Positions 51,459-63,843 of a stretch of DNA of 64,000 nt are shown here, piece by piece. Position 1 is the stretch's first letter. The number at the start of each line of letters is the position of its first letter. This DNA comes from Octopus bimaculoides. Taxonomy: Eukaryota. The notes under the pieces were generated by a model. The model did no database searches and had not been told where the DNA came from. It was given only the letters and a program-made list of their open reading frames with translations. Where the stretch lies: assembly GCF_001194135.2 (NCBI RefSeq), contig NC_068999.1, forward strand, positions 52,171,590 through 52,235,589. Reading direction: 5' to 3'. Made by a program: the position numbers and the translations under genes.

Positions 51459-52140
51459 GTATGTAGAGTCCATTTAGGATTTTTTTCTCTCTTCTTAATC
51501 TATAATAATAATAATGATTTCTTTATTTTTTAATAATGAATGACAATAATAATAATAATAATAATCCAAAGTTCATCGATAACTTTTTTGTCAAGAATCT
51601 TTAGAATTTGGTACAAATACTAAGATTTGTAGAAAATGGTTTTCTCTTGTGTATTAGGAAAAAGTATCTTTTTACTATGATATCTTCTGTTGCTATTTTG
51701 ATTATTATTATTATTATTTCCAAATATATCATCTAATACTACAATCCTTATTTATTAATTAATTTTTTAATCTTGGTTAATACTATCCCATTGGTCACCA
51801 AATTGTGTGTGCTGTTTACGGAATGCTGCTTCTGCTAAGTGACTTACACGTGTTCTAGTACTTAGCTGCCAAAAATTTGACGCTAGCCAAATGCTTCTCA
51901 CTAGCCAGCAACTGAACTGCTTTAACAGAAGCTTTTTTAAAATTTATTTAGCAGCTAGTTATGTTTATGTGTGATATTTTCCACCATTTTTTTTGTATCC
52001 CATTTATTTTTTTCTTCATATTTCAATATATATTTTAATTCCATGATTATATTTGTAAGAAATAATTCACTTATATTATAAATTCTTCATTATTGACTTT
52101 ATTACTTGTGTTTAGAATGAAAATGCTAATATGCATAAAA

Positions 52141-52224
52141 AGATACTTCGAAGAGCAATTCTTTTTCTAATACTATTATTGAAGATACTTCGAAGAGCAA
52201 TTCTTTTTCTAATACTATTATTGA
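52141..52224. repeat. Exact 42-bp tandem duplication
   Basis: AGATACTTCGAAGAGCAATTCTTTTTCTAATACTATTATTGA x2. Confidence 0.95.
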
Positions 52225-52578
52225 ATGCGAGCTAAAGGAAATTTAGCTGTTGCTTCTAACAAGGTGACCAGATAGACTACTCTTGTTGACCTGGAGTAAA
52301 GTTTAAGTAGGCGAGTGTTATTGGTTTGAGGTTAACTTTCGACAAGTTGGATCCTCAGCCAAGAAGTTTCAATGACTGGCTTTCTTTATCATTTCCTTTC
52401 ACTTGTCATTGAATACTCTTAGTAACATAGTAAGTACACCAAGTGTTATTTTGACTGTACTCTGTATGTGAACATATCTTAATGGAAAGAATATTAGGAA
52501 AATAAAAAAGCTTGAAAGCTGAGAAACTAAACATTTATTTATAATTTAGTTACAAGATGCTTCTCTCAGTGTTGTGTT

Positions 52579-52952
52579 GGCACTGCGTCGCTTACGACGT
52601 CGAAGGTTCCAGTTGATCCGATCAACGGAACAGCCTGCTCGTGAAATTAACTTGCAAGTAGCTGAGCATGTTAATTTCACATGTACCCTTAACATAGTTC
52701 TCGGGGATATTCAGCGTGACAGTGTGACAAGGCTGACCCTTTGAATTACAGGCACAACAGAAACAGAAAGTAAGAGTGAGAGAAAGTTGTGGTGGAAGAG
52801 TACAGCAGGGTTTGTCACCATCTCCTGCCGGAGCCTCGTGGAGCTTTAGGTGTTTTCGCTCAATAAACACTCACAACACCCGGTCTGGGAATCGAAACCG
52901 CGATCCTATGACCGCGAGTCCGCTGCCCTAACCACTGGGCCATTGTGCCTCC
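52579..52952 (-). mobile_element. SINE family C, near full-length
   Basis: Head reverse complement GGAGGCACAATGGCCCAGTGGTTAGGGCAGCGG...GGTTTCGATTCCC; CpGs retained. Confidence 0.88.
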
Positions 52953-53170
52953 ACGTTTCTCTCAGTAACATTGCAGAAAAGAAGTTTCTTGGTGGAGTGG
53001 GGTTATTTTCTGTTAGTCACTCTTTGTTCTAATCAAAGGAAAAGTAAAAGGTAACCAATCAAAAGCTTTATACTGGATCTATGGGTTCAATAGACCGATG
53101 GTCTTGAGTTTGATTGCATAAGCCACAATATTTAATCATAAATGAGTCTTTAGTTTTTACATCAACAACA

Positions 53171-53353
53171 TTAACCCTTTAGCATTCAGATTGCTCGTCA
53201 AATGTAACGTTTATTTATTCACATTATTTTGAATTAATCCTGTATTATCTTGTAACTTGGAAATTTTGATGATGTGACTGTTTATTTTTAAAATGCCATT
53301 GTAGGGTAGGTGTGAGAGGCCTGATATGGCCAGTTTAAATATTAAATGGTCAA
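53171..53353. mobile_element. TTAA MITE family 1
   Basis: TTAACCCTTTAGCATTCAG start and body match. Confidence 0.82.
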
Positions 53354-54774
53354 GTAGCTGGGAAATTACTGTAACCACTGGACTGGGTGTCAGCCCCTTA
53401 GAAGCAGCATTCCTTTAGCTAAGTAAATCAGAGCTCATAAAATTAACTGCCCATAAAATGCCTGTGGTGAATATGAGCCACATCTTGAGTTAGTCCAGTA
53501 ATAACCATTTCACCACCTTATTTATGCCAGTTAGCAAAATAAATCAAGTATTTTATAACTATACTAACAGTGGTTGTAAGGGTTAAGCCAATATGAATGG
53601 AATCATAATTTAGCAAGTATAGTCAAAATCAATACTCCCTTTAAGTGTAGTTTTCTGGTTCTAAGCATTGCTACTTGGTCAATTTTTGTCATTGTGATCA
53701 TTTTGTCTGTGTTAGCTGTTTGGTCGTGAAGTTTAGGACATGAAACAAGTGATTTCAGCTGACATAATTTTGTTGGGAAAACTTGGCTGCTATTTTTGTT
53801 TAATGAAACTCTTGTGGAATATCCAACCTCCAAATAATTTCCATTGAGTTTTCAAGTTTTTTGAAAGATTTTTTAAAAAGTTGTAACAATATGAAAATTT
53901 TAATCGTTTATGACAAAATTTGATTCTGTTTAAAAATGAAAGTTTGAAAATTTAGTGTTAATATTGATGTTGTTATATCGTCAGAGAAAAATGAGTATTT
54001 AAAACTGTGGTTAAGCTTACTTCACTACAAAGCTGTTTGTTATTTTACCTCCTGCTTTACTTAAAAGATCGTATTGTGTTGGAATAACTTCCAGTGTAGT
54101 TCTATCTGCAGGAGTGAAAAACTTTATAAAATGTATATACTTTTTCTGTCTGGTTTCTTTTGTAGTTTGCCTTTTTATCCATTCCTCATCTCATTTTGGT
54201 ATACTGTTTACTTTTGTTATAAACTTATATCTAGAACTTTCTGAATAATGTCCTATCCATTTAATTAAAAGCTGAAGTTTTTTGTCTTAGCAGTTTTTTT
54301 ATGCTGTAGTCTCAAATATTTCCTGTTCCTTGGGGAAAAAAAAAACTGCATTAAAATAGCTTATAGCTGTTTTCTATATTGTGCTCTGTTTTCTCCAATC
54401 ATTGCATATCATCCACATTTCTGGTTGTTTGCTTCATTATTATTTCTATCATCCTTTAGTGACTTGACTTAAATACCTTCCCATCCATTCCATTCATGTC
54501 TTCTCACTACTTCTGTTGTGACTTTTGCATAGAGAAGTTGATGTCACCTTCATCTCTGTTTAATCCTCTTAAAAAAAAAAAAAAAAACACTAGAGAGCAG
54601 CATAATTGTTATTTTAACTTTGAAGCGTTCATAAATTTCTGAAAAGTGTTTTTGATGGTTCTTCATTCTTTTAAAATAATGAAATGAAAGATTCATGCTA
54701 AATGTTCAAGCTTGGGTTAAACTGACATGTAAAGAGTCAAATTTGACTTGTTTTGTTTCAATATCTTTCTTTAG

Positions 54775-54801
54775 GTGACATCGTTAACTATGGCAACCTG
54801 A
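54775..54801 (+). CDS. Probable last coding exon (VTSLTMAT*)
   Basis: Acceptor ttttgtttcaatatctttctttag; phase 0 gives TGA at 54799-54801. Confidence 0.55.
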   Translation: MTSLTMAT

Positions 54802-56164
54802 TTTCCTTCAACTGGTAACTTAGGAGCTAACCCCACTACCTTTGCTAAACGGAACGAAAATCTTAGGCCTGTAAGTCAAGTCACACTTCTGTAGGTAGTC
54901 AGCAAACATGATTTCAAAGCATTAAAGAGACGTGTCTTCACTGCTGAAGAAGAACTAGTTTGTTTATAGCTAGCTGCTTAGCTTCTATCTGTGTGCTGAC
55001 AATATCATTCTTATTTTGTCACTTAAATTTTAACACTTCCATTAACTTGATTCAAATGCTATAGAATTTACACATTTATATGCAAGCTACTAGAGTATCT
55101 CCACACCAAATGTTTGTTTATGTTTAGACTAAACTGAATACTGTTGAATGTTTATTGTATTGTTTGTAAATAGTTCATCAACTTGGCATATAGCTTATTT
55201 ATAGATGCATCTCAAGTTTTCTTTGTGCATTTCTTTTGAAATATTAAGATACCTTAGTTCATTTGATTCTTGAGAAAGAAAAAAAAAGATCCATATATGG
55301 ATGTGAACTTAACTTAGAGAGCTTAGGGCATTCAGTGGACTGATTGGCTGATATTCTTGCATGTTTCTTCTTCGTTGTATGAGTTATGTCTTGCACTGTT
55401 TCAAGTAAATATTTGTGAAATATAAGTGATATCCTATATCAACAGAGGGTACAGACAATAACCTTTTTTTAGTAGGTAAAATATTAAGTCATTTCTTGCT
55501 TTATATGGAGAGGTGGTGATGGGGGAGACTGTTTGCCCCTCCCCCCCTTTTTTTTTATAGATTTAAAAAAGACATCCGGATCATATAATCTGTAGGGTAA
55601 CTTTTTTGTTGCATCTGATTTTTAACTTTTTCTTTTTATATGGTTTAGGGAGAAGGAGGGCATCCTATGATGCTTTTCAGAGCCTCAAACTCTGGTGGGG
55701 GGGGGGGAATGATGCACTTATTCTCAGATCAGATATCTGGTCTGAATGTTTGCTATTGAGTGGATTCTGCCAAAGGTACCCAAGGGCCAGGTGGTGGAGT
55801 TTAACTGGGTTGTATATTAAATCTGCCATTCCAAAAGCAGAAATAGGCCCTCTGATAGGCTTCCACACAGTTTCCACTTACCAGATTTCACGAGGCTTTA
55901 TTGAACCCAAAACTATGTCTGAAGACATGTAAACCTATGCAGTTGTGGGCATCTTCACTAAACAACCAAGCCTACACTGTTAACCTGATAGTTTTTTTTT
56001 TAACAGGTCTATAGAATAGATATTGTTCATCAAATACTTCTAAACAAAGATTCAAGTTTTCATAGAAACAGATACGGATACAGATTTATTTGTGTTATTT
56101 TGGATAAAAGCTTAGCATCTGACCATTCCCTCTTGTCATGGCTCATAAAGTAATAATAATATTG

Positions 56165-56340
56165 AACAGCTTTTTTTTGTCCATCTTCATATTCTGAGTT
56201 AAATTCTGCCAAGGTCAACTTTGCCTTTTATCCTTTTGGGATTGATGAAAAAAAAAAGACACCGGTGAAGCACTTGGGTCAATGTATTCAACTCACCTCC
56301 TTCCCCCAAATTGCTGGCCTTGTGCCAAAATTTGATACCA
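56165..56340 (+). mobile_element. SINE family A, 5'-eroded
   Basis: TCTGAGTTAAATTCTGCCAAGGTCAACTTTGCCTTTTATCC core. Confidence 0.78.
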
Positions 56341-57631
56341 ATATCGAACAGCTTTGTGATGAAGTGAACTTGATTACCATAATATGTAGTATTAAAGTCT
56401 GGGACTTACATTATGTGCTCCCAATTGAAAAAAACCCAACAAAAAACACTACAAAAAAGCAATAGTTTTTCTAGTGACATTCCCTGACTTGTCATTATGT
56501 TTGCATGAGTTGTTGATTTCAAATCTGGATCAACATAATTTTTCTGTCAACATATAACTGTCTTATTCCTTATACATACCCTATAATAATAGTTGTCCCA
56601 TGGATTAACAAACTCCTTAAAAGTTTTCCCCTCTCACAGTTCTAATCCAGCATGGGATGGATCTACAAAGCCAGACATGTTTAATGGTGGCAGGATTACT
56701 GGTAACAACTGAATTTATGAAGTAAAAGTGGCAGGTATTTTATTTTTTCTACAGGAGCTTGTAAAATTCATGTAACTTGTCTAAAGGAAAATCAATACAA
56801 TAGCTGTAACAGTTTTTGGACCTACTTCAGTCACTTTAGCTTCTTCAAATATTCCACTTGATTAATTTTAGTTAGAGATATTCTGGATTCTCATGGCATT
56901 GTTTCCACACGTTGATATTTTCAAATCTAAAAGTCTCTGAAAGGCATTAGACATAGAGGAATACATTTTTAAGGATTATTAGTATATAAATGTACCATCT
57001 TTGAGAAGAATGGGTTTAATCTTTCTTTTGAAGCATAAGATTATGTCTTGACATTACTTAGTAGTAATCCTGGTTCATATTTTTTGACAAGGACATGTCA
57101 TTCAAAATACTTCTAATAACCTATAGACAATATTCCCTTAAAGTACTTTGCTACGTCAGATTTGTCTTTATATTACGCAATGAGATGGTTGTGCCGTATG
57201 GAGTTTTTTAGTCAGTGTTTGTTAACATTTGTGTTGTGGAAAACTGTTTCATTATTTAGGCATTCATGACTGTTCATCTATTAATATTAAAGTCTTTCCA
57301 TTTCATATATATGTATGTATATATATATATATATAATATATACTGTCTACAGACAAGACTGTAAACATACATTAATTCAATACTCTAAGATATTATGAGA
57401 GAATGTAGCTCATTGGCAAGCAGTGTAAGTACAATGTAACTGATGGATATTTTGTCAGCTTGCCCTATTGATTGTTAAAATGCATCATCAACAGTCTACT
57501 GGGTTATACTCCAATACCCATATTACTTTCAAACAGCTTTCTAGAAAAGTACTGATAATACAGTTCTACATGATTATTCCACATTTTCTACTGTAGCTAT
57601 ACGCGTAGTATACTTCTCATTCTAAGCAAAA

Positions 57632-57740
57632 TATACTTTTCATCATAACCACTATATACTTTTCATTATAACCACTACATACTTTTCATTATAACCACTA
57701 CATACTTTTCATCATAAAACAGTATACTTTCATTATAAAC
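57632..57740. repeat. About 23-bp minisatellite, about 5 copies
   Basis: Unit ATACTTTTCAT(C/T)ATAACCACTA(T/C). Confidence 0.88.
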
Positions 57741-58174
57741 ATAGTATCTTATTGTTTAAAGAAATATATTCTATACACTGAGGTTCAAAAGTACTTTACA
57801 AAATTCATCAGGCATAACTGGTTCACCTCACTTACTTGCATGGTTTTCTACTAGATTTATGGTCACCTGCATCTTGTTCACATAGTAACTGACAATCTGC
57901 ACTATTTATTTTTGTAGTGATTAACTTTCTGTGTCTCTCTTGTGCATCATGTTAATATGTTAAACTTTTGCATACTGTCTCAGATGGACATTTCCTTTCA
58001 TTCTGTGTTAAAAGTTGCACCAATATTACATTGATTATTCATATTTTCTATTATCTCATACAATCTGTAATAATGTGCCTTCCTTGTACAGCATGTAACA
58101 ATTTGTGTTTATATTTGCATGATGTGTGACAGCATCTACTCTGTCACTTGTAGCAATAGTCACTTGTTTATATT

Positions 58175-58235
<61 letters not shown>

Positions 58236-59298
58236 NNNNNNNNNNNNNNNNNNNNNNNNNNNNNNNNNNNNNNNNNNNNNNNNNNNNNNNNNNNNNNNNN
58301 NNNNNNNNNNNNNNNNNNNNNNNNNNNNNNNNNNNNNNNNNNNNNNNNNNNNNNNNNNNNNNNNNNNNNNNNNNNNNNNNNNNNNNNNNNNNNNNNNNNN
58401 NNNNNNNNNNNNNNNNNNNNNNNNNNNNNNNNNNNNNNNNNNNNNNNNNNNNNNNNNNNNNNNNNNNNNNNNNNNNNNNNNNNNNNNNNNNNNNNNNNNN
58501 NNNNNNNNNNNNNNNNNNNNNNNNNNNNNNNNNNNNNNNNNNNNNNNNNNAAACTAGTTTTGTTCTTACCCAATGTTTGCACTATTTAAAAAAAAAAAAA
58601 AAGAAAATTCAGTCTTTATAAATGGGCCTTATAATGTATATTTATGCTGATATTTTTTTTTATACATGAAACAGTCTAAAGGAAATGAGTTTCTGTTATA
58701 TCTCTAATTTATCTATTAGCTATGAAGTAAAAAATAAAATGAAGATTAAAAGAAAAAAAAAATGTGTTTGAAAAGCTTTCAGGTGTGTTGGTTTTAAAAT
58801 GTTTGCCTGTGGATGTCTGCATTTAAAATATTGAGTTGATAACATTAGTAACATTATCGTTCATATCCATTGTTAGATAGAAGATATAACTTAATACAGT
58901 TATTATTTACTGTGTTTAAAACACCGAGCACAAATTACTTATATATGTATATATGTGTGTATGTCCCACTGTGTAGTACCTTGGGTAAGTGTCTTCTGAA
59001 GCCTCGTGAATAGATTTGGTATATGGAAACTGAAAGAAGCACATCATGTGTGAATGTTTTACATTTGTGTTTCCTCAAAAGATCACTGAGCTGCATGCTG
59101 TGATGGTGTCATATCTCGTGTCAACTTATCTTCCGCTGGCTTTGTATTTTGAAAGCCAGTGAAATAATGAGGTCCTTCACTTGAAAAACAAAGTAATGAT
59201 GGGTGACAGGAAAGCCATCCAACTATAAAACAATGCCTCAATAATGTATCTGTCTTACACGTGGTAGGATGGGAAAACAGGCATAAGAATGAATGAAT

Positions 59299-59334
<36 letters not shown>

Positions 59335-59377
59335 AGTAAATAGTGTGGTTGTGTTAACCGCACATGGAGAAATAATA

Positions 59378-60212
59378 GGAAAATGAAGAATAAGGCAGAA
59401 TGCTAAACTGGAAGCATATTTTAATAAAGATTTCAAATTGGAAGCATATTTTAATAAAGATTTCTAACCGGCTTTCATTGTGAAGCAAATTTTCAAGAAG
59501 GAGAATGAAAATGTTTTTTACAAAGAAGTACAAAATGAAGAAAATAATATATAAAAAAATAAATATACCAATACATTATATTGTCTTTGAGCTTTTGAAC
59601 TTCAATGGTAATCCATGTATATAATGGTTGGAAAAATAAGGATGCATGAGAATTGAGAGTTGTGTTAGGTTTAAAAAAAGGGTTAAAAGTTTGTGTTAAG
59701 CAGGAAGTGTGGTGTCAAAACAGGAAGTGTGTGTAAGGGGAGATAAATGTTTTTAGTCTCTGTTCCTAGAGAAATAAGGTCACAGACATAAACTTCCTGT
59801 TTNNNNNNNNNNNNNNNNNNNNNNNNNNNNNNNNNNNNNNNNNNNNNNNNNNNNNNNNNNNNNNNNNNNNNNNNNNTATCTCCCCTTACACACACTTCCT
59901 GTTTTGACACCACACTTCCTGCTTAACACAAACTTTTAACCCTTTTTTTAAACCTAACACAACTCTCAATTCTCATGCATCCTTATTTTTCCAACCATTA
60001 TATACATGAACTACCATTGAACTTCAAAAGCTCAAAGACAATATAATGTATTGGTATAGTTATTTTTTTTATATATTATTTTCTTCATTTTGTACTTCTT
60101 TGTAAAAAACATTTTCATTCTCCTTGAAAATTTGCTTCACAATGAAAGTCGGTTAGAAATCTTTATTAAAATATGCTTCCAATTTAGCATTCTGCCTTAT
60201 TCTTCATTTTCC
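59378..60212. mobile_element. Foldback/long-TIR element (arms about 340-370 bp) around a gap
   Basis: 59375-59745 is the reverse complement of 59877-60215 apart from substitutions and indels; TA on both flanks. Confidence 0.75.
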
Positions 60213-60229
60213 TATATATATATTTTATT

Positions 60230-60600
60230 CTTCATTTTTTTACTTGTTTCAGTCATTTGACTGTGGCCATGCTGGAGCACCGCCTTAAAGGGGTTTTAGT
60301 CAAAGAAATCGACCCCAGGACTTACTCTTTGTAAGCCTTATTCTGTTGCTCTCTTTTGCTGAACTGCTAAGTTACGGGGATGTAAGCACACTAATATCGG
60401 TTGTCAAGTGGTGGTGGCAGGGACAAACACACACATAGACATATGATGGGCTTCTTTCAGTTTCTGTGTACCAAATCCACTCACTACTATAGTCAGCCTG
60501 AGACTATAGTAGAAGACACTTGTCCAAGGTGCCACATGGTGGGACTGAACCCGGAACCATGTGGTTGGGAAACAAGCTTCTTACCACACAGCTATGCCAT
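60230..60600 (-). mobile_element. SINE family B, near full-length
   Basis: Tail TTTTACTTGTTTCAGTCATTTGACTG through the head in reverse orientation. Confidence 0.85.
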
Positions 60601-60639
60601 GGTTTGTCCAATTTAATCAGTCTTGTCTCTTCAGAACAC

Positions 60640-61440
60640 CTTCATCTGTTGTTGATACACCACTCACAGCATTTTCAGTTTTGGGTAGGTTTTCAAGGAT
60701 ATTGTGCTGTTCTCATGACAAATCATCTGAAATTATCAGCTTATCATGGTAGATTTCAACCTTGCTCCACCCACCCTTAAGTCCACATGAGCTATATCCA
60801 GAGATTAGGGTTGCTTATGGAATGTAAGTTATCTTGTGCTTTGTCAAAAAGTCGATGATAATGATTGGTAGAAGTGCAGGTGTGTTTTCATGGTGTAGCA
60901 CTCAGTTTTTTTTTTGTCTGCACATACCTCAGGCTTTGTTTGCACTGCTTCTCTCAAATGCCTCAAGACATCCAAGTTAACCCCTTTCTTTATTGATCAT
61001 CCAGCCACACAAAACAACCTCTTGTTTAACTACATACCACCAAACAAAAGCCAGTCATAACCTTTACAGTTAAGCAATTCTGACATGTGTGTTTTTGGCC
61101 AGAGAGAGAAATATCTAACCCAATCTGACAGCTGCCCATTTGTTTTACCATCCAACCATGCACATATGGGTTTCATTACTTGTTGCAATGCATGCTTTTT
61201 CAGGAGGTTTTCATCGACATTTGAGCAGTCAGGTAGCTTTTGATAGACTATAACTGTTCTCCTCCTGTTCATTTGCCAGTTGACACGGCACAAATTCTAC
61301 AGCGACATGCTATATCACCAATTTTTCTTTTAAAATTATGTGGTACAATCTTCTACAGATGCCCGTTTCTTTGGAAATTTCACTAACAATCAGGTGATGA
61401 TTTTCCTGAATTCACAGCGCATCTTTTTGCTATGCGATTG
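60640..61440 (-). pseudogene. Decayed mariner transposase (HTH2 through DDD domain)
   Basis: Minus-strand remnants IVSEISKETGI...IILKEKL..HVAVEFVP, NVDENLLK..IATSNET (cf. IVTGDETW), KVM, and HENTPA..DFLTKHKIT.IP*A...(cf. HDNAPAH/YSPDLAPCDF), with stops and frameshifts. Confidence 0.8.
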
Positions 61441-61748
61441 TTGTTTGTTTCCATGGAATGTCATCTGGATTTGTGATTGTTTTCAGTGGATTTCTTAATA
61501 CTGGTACCACTTATGACTTTACATTTGGATATATATATATGTATATAATTTCTCTACTGGAAAAATGCAGTCTCTATAGAGACATGGAAGATAAACTGAG
61601 GTTAGTAAATCAAACTAACTGGAGTTTTTTTTATACACTCATGGAAATTAGCTGGCATTAATAACCAGTACATGTAACTATGGTACCCACTTGGATTCTA
61701 TATCCCTACCACCCATAATTTGGAAACACACACACACACATGTATGTA

Positions 61749-61781
<33 letters not shown>

Positions 61782-62132
61782 ATGTAAAGGCCTCATTATA
61801 AGCTTGTTGCAACATTAGAAAAGTCTCCATTAATGCTTTTCTCAATCTCAAACAATTTCATATAAACCCAATGCTCTTAAAAAGGTCCTTTTAAAAAGTT
61901 CAGTTTCTTTATAGACAGTCCTTATATTGTATGCTTATAGTGCAATTTTTTTTTTTACATATTAAATATGAACATTCGTTTTTTCGTGAAGAAGATTAAG
62001 ATCTAAGAAACTCTTTGTTAGTGTCATCTTGTGACCTTGCATCTCGATACTTCCAGTATCTCACTTTTAGATTTTATTGAGAATTTGTGTATGGCTAATA
62101 CATTATTCTATTAAATGAGTCAATTTTGAAGT

Positions 62133-62732
62133 TTAAATTCTTCTAGGAGGAATCAGATTTTGAATGTAAGATGAGACATAGTAAAAAACTTCTGCATAAG
62201 CAGGGCTTCTGTTTTGTCTTAATGTTATTTCTGTTGCTGGATTGAGTGAGTGTTTGGTAGTACTCGTTTCTGATGAATTAGAGAATTGGTGATTGATCAC
62301 CGAGAGAAAGAGTATGAACTGAACTTCAGTTTTTTGGTTGTATGTCTCTAGTAAATTTTGTAAATATTTGAGGTAAAAGATTGTTTTTAAAAAATGTAGT
62401 AGTAAAACTGCGTATTTATTTAGTGTGGTATTTAAAGAGAGGAATTTCTTTTTCAAAACCAAAACTAGTTTAGTATAACAAAATTTAGGAATTTTAAGTT
62501 GAAAGCTCATCCAAAATTGTTTACTAAGTAACTTAAAGAGTTTGTATTCAACAAAAATGCTTATTGGCATGTTAACCACCATAATGTAACTGGATAGGAG
62601 GTTATTAGAGCTGGGGCTGAGGAATGTCGTTGTTGAAGTAACTGAAGCTGAAGAAAATGTTAGCTGTTGGTGGCACCGATTTTTTAAAATGTCAACATTG
62701 GAATGGGGGAAACTGGTAATGACTTTCTTTAC
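62133..62732 (-). CDS. Unassigned 199-codon stop-free frame, possible terminal exon of a convergent gene
   Basis: The listed 149-aa ORF extends 50 codons further upstream without a stop; acceptor-like CTAACATTTTCTTCAG ends at 62648. Confidence 0.3.
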   Translation of the reverse strand, partial: VKKVITSFPHSNVDILKNRCHQQLTFSSASVTSTTTFLSPSSNNLLSSYIMVVNMPISIFVEYKLFKLLSKQFWMSFQLKIPKFCYTKLVLVLKKKFLSLNTTLNKYAVLLLHFLKTIFYLKYLQNLLETYNQKTEVQFILFLSVINHQFSNSSETSTTKHSLNPATEITLRQNRSPAYAEVFYYVSSYIQNLIPPRRI

Positions 62733-62890
62733 TTAGGGTACTACATTACAAATCAATTAGGGAAGGGAAAGCAGATTGTTTGACATGACATTCATACCTT
62801 TGTCGAAGACATTAGCCATTTAAGTTTTACAATTACAAAGCTGCATCTAAGTATTGAAATCTGGCTGCACATTAGGAGCTTACCTCTTAT

Positions 62891-63118
62891 TTAATCCTTT
62901 AGCATTTAACACAGCCTTACCAGGCCCAAATATTCTACATGCTTTATGTTCAAACAGGGTAGATCTGGCCTCTCATACCTACCCTACAATGTCATTCTGA
63001 AAAATAAACAATTACATCATCAAATCTCAAAGCTACATGATAGTGCATGATTAATTTAAAACAATGTGAATAAATAAGAAATGCATTTGATAAAGTGATC
63101 TGAATGCAAAAGGGTTAA
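62891..63118. mobile_element. TTAA MITE family 1, full-length, reverse orientation
   Basis: TTAATCCTTTAGCATTT...AAAGGGTTAA. Confidence 0.85.
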
Positions 63119-63805
63119 AGCATTTATAAGTGGCAAAGAAAACTGTTGTTTGACCTTTCATACCTCTCCATGTTTACAATTTGGTAGCAGTAAATTATAT
63201 ATCTTAATTGTTCCAGTAACTCATGATGAGTATTTTAACCCAAGGTTGTTAACATTTACTGGAGTAGCTGAAGTGATAAATAGTCTTTTGCTTTGAGTTT
63301 CAATATTTTATCCTCTATTGGTTATATTAACAAACGTTTATTCCTGAATTGTGTAAATTGTTCAGCTTGGAGGTTTGTCTTCTTGTTCTATAATGTTCTT
63401 TGTATTTGAAGTTCTGAATATATTGTAATGGGCAATTCACATTGTATGATATTGTGGCTGTTGATCCCATCGGTGTTCCATCGTTAATTGTTTTTATGGG
63501 ATTGATTACCTCTCATTTGTTTGTAGCTTAGAAAATAAATACCACTGAAGTATTGGGCCTCAGTAAATTGACTATACTTCTTGCCTAGATTTCGGCATCG
63601 ATCCAGTACCGGACACGGATTCTGGATTATTTTTCCTGTTTTTTTTACCTAATTTTTGAGAGCTGTCAGATTCATTTTTAGTATTCTCATTTGTGAGAGA
63701 GCAGTCGAGTTTATTTCAAATATTCTTATTCTAAAAAGCATCTCTGGCTAATCGTTAAGAGAACATTGGTATTGCTTTGGTGGAGGTTTGCGCTCTCTGA
63801 GTGCT

Positions 63806-63806
63806 C

Positions 63807-63843
<37 letters not shown>

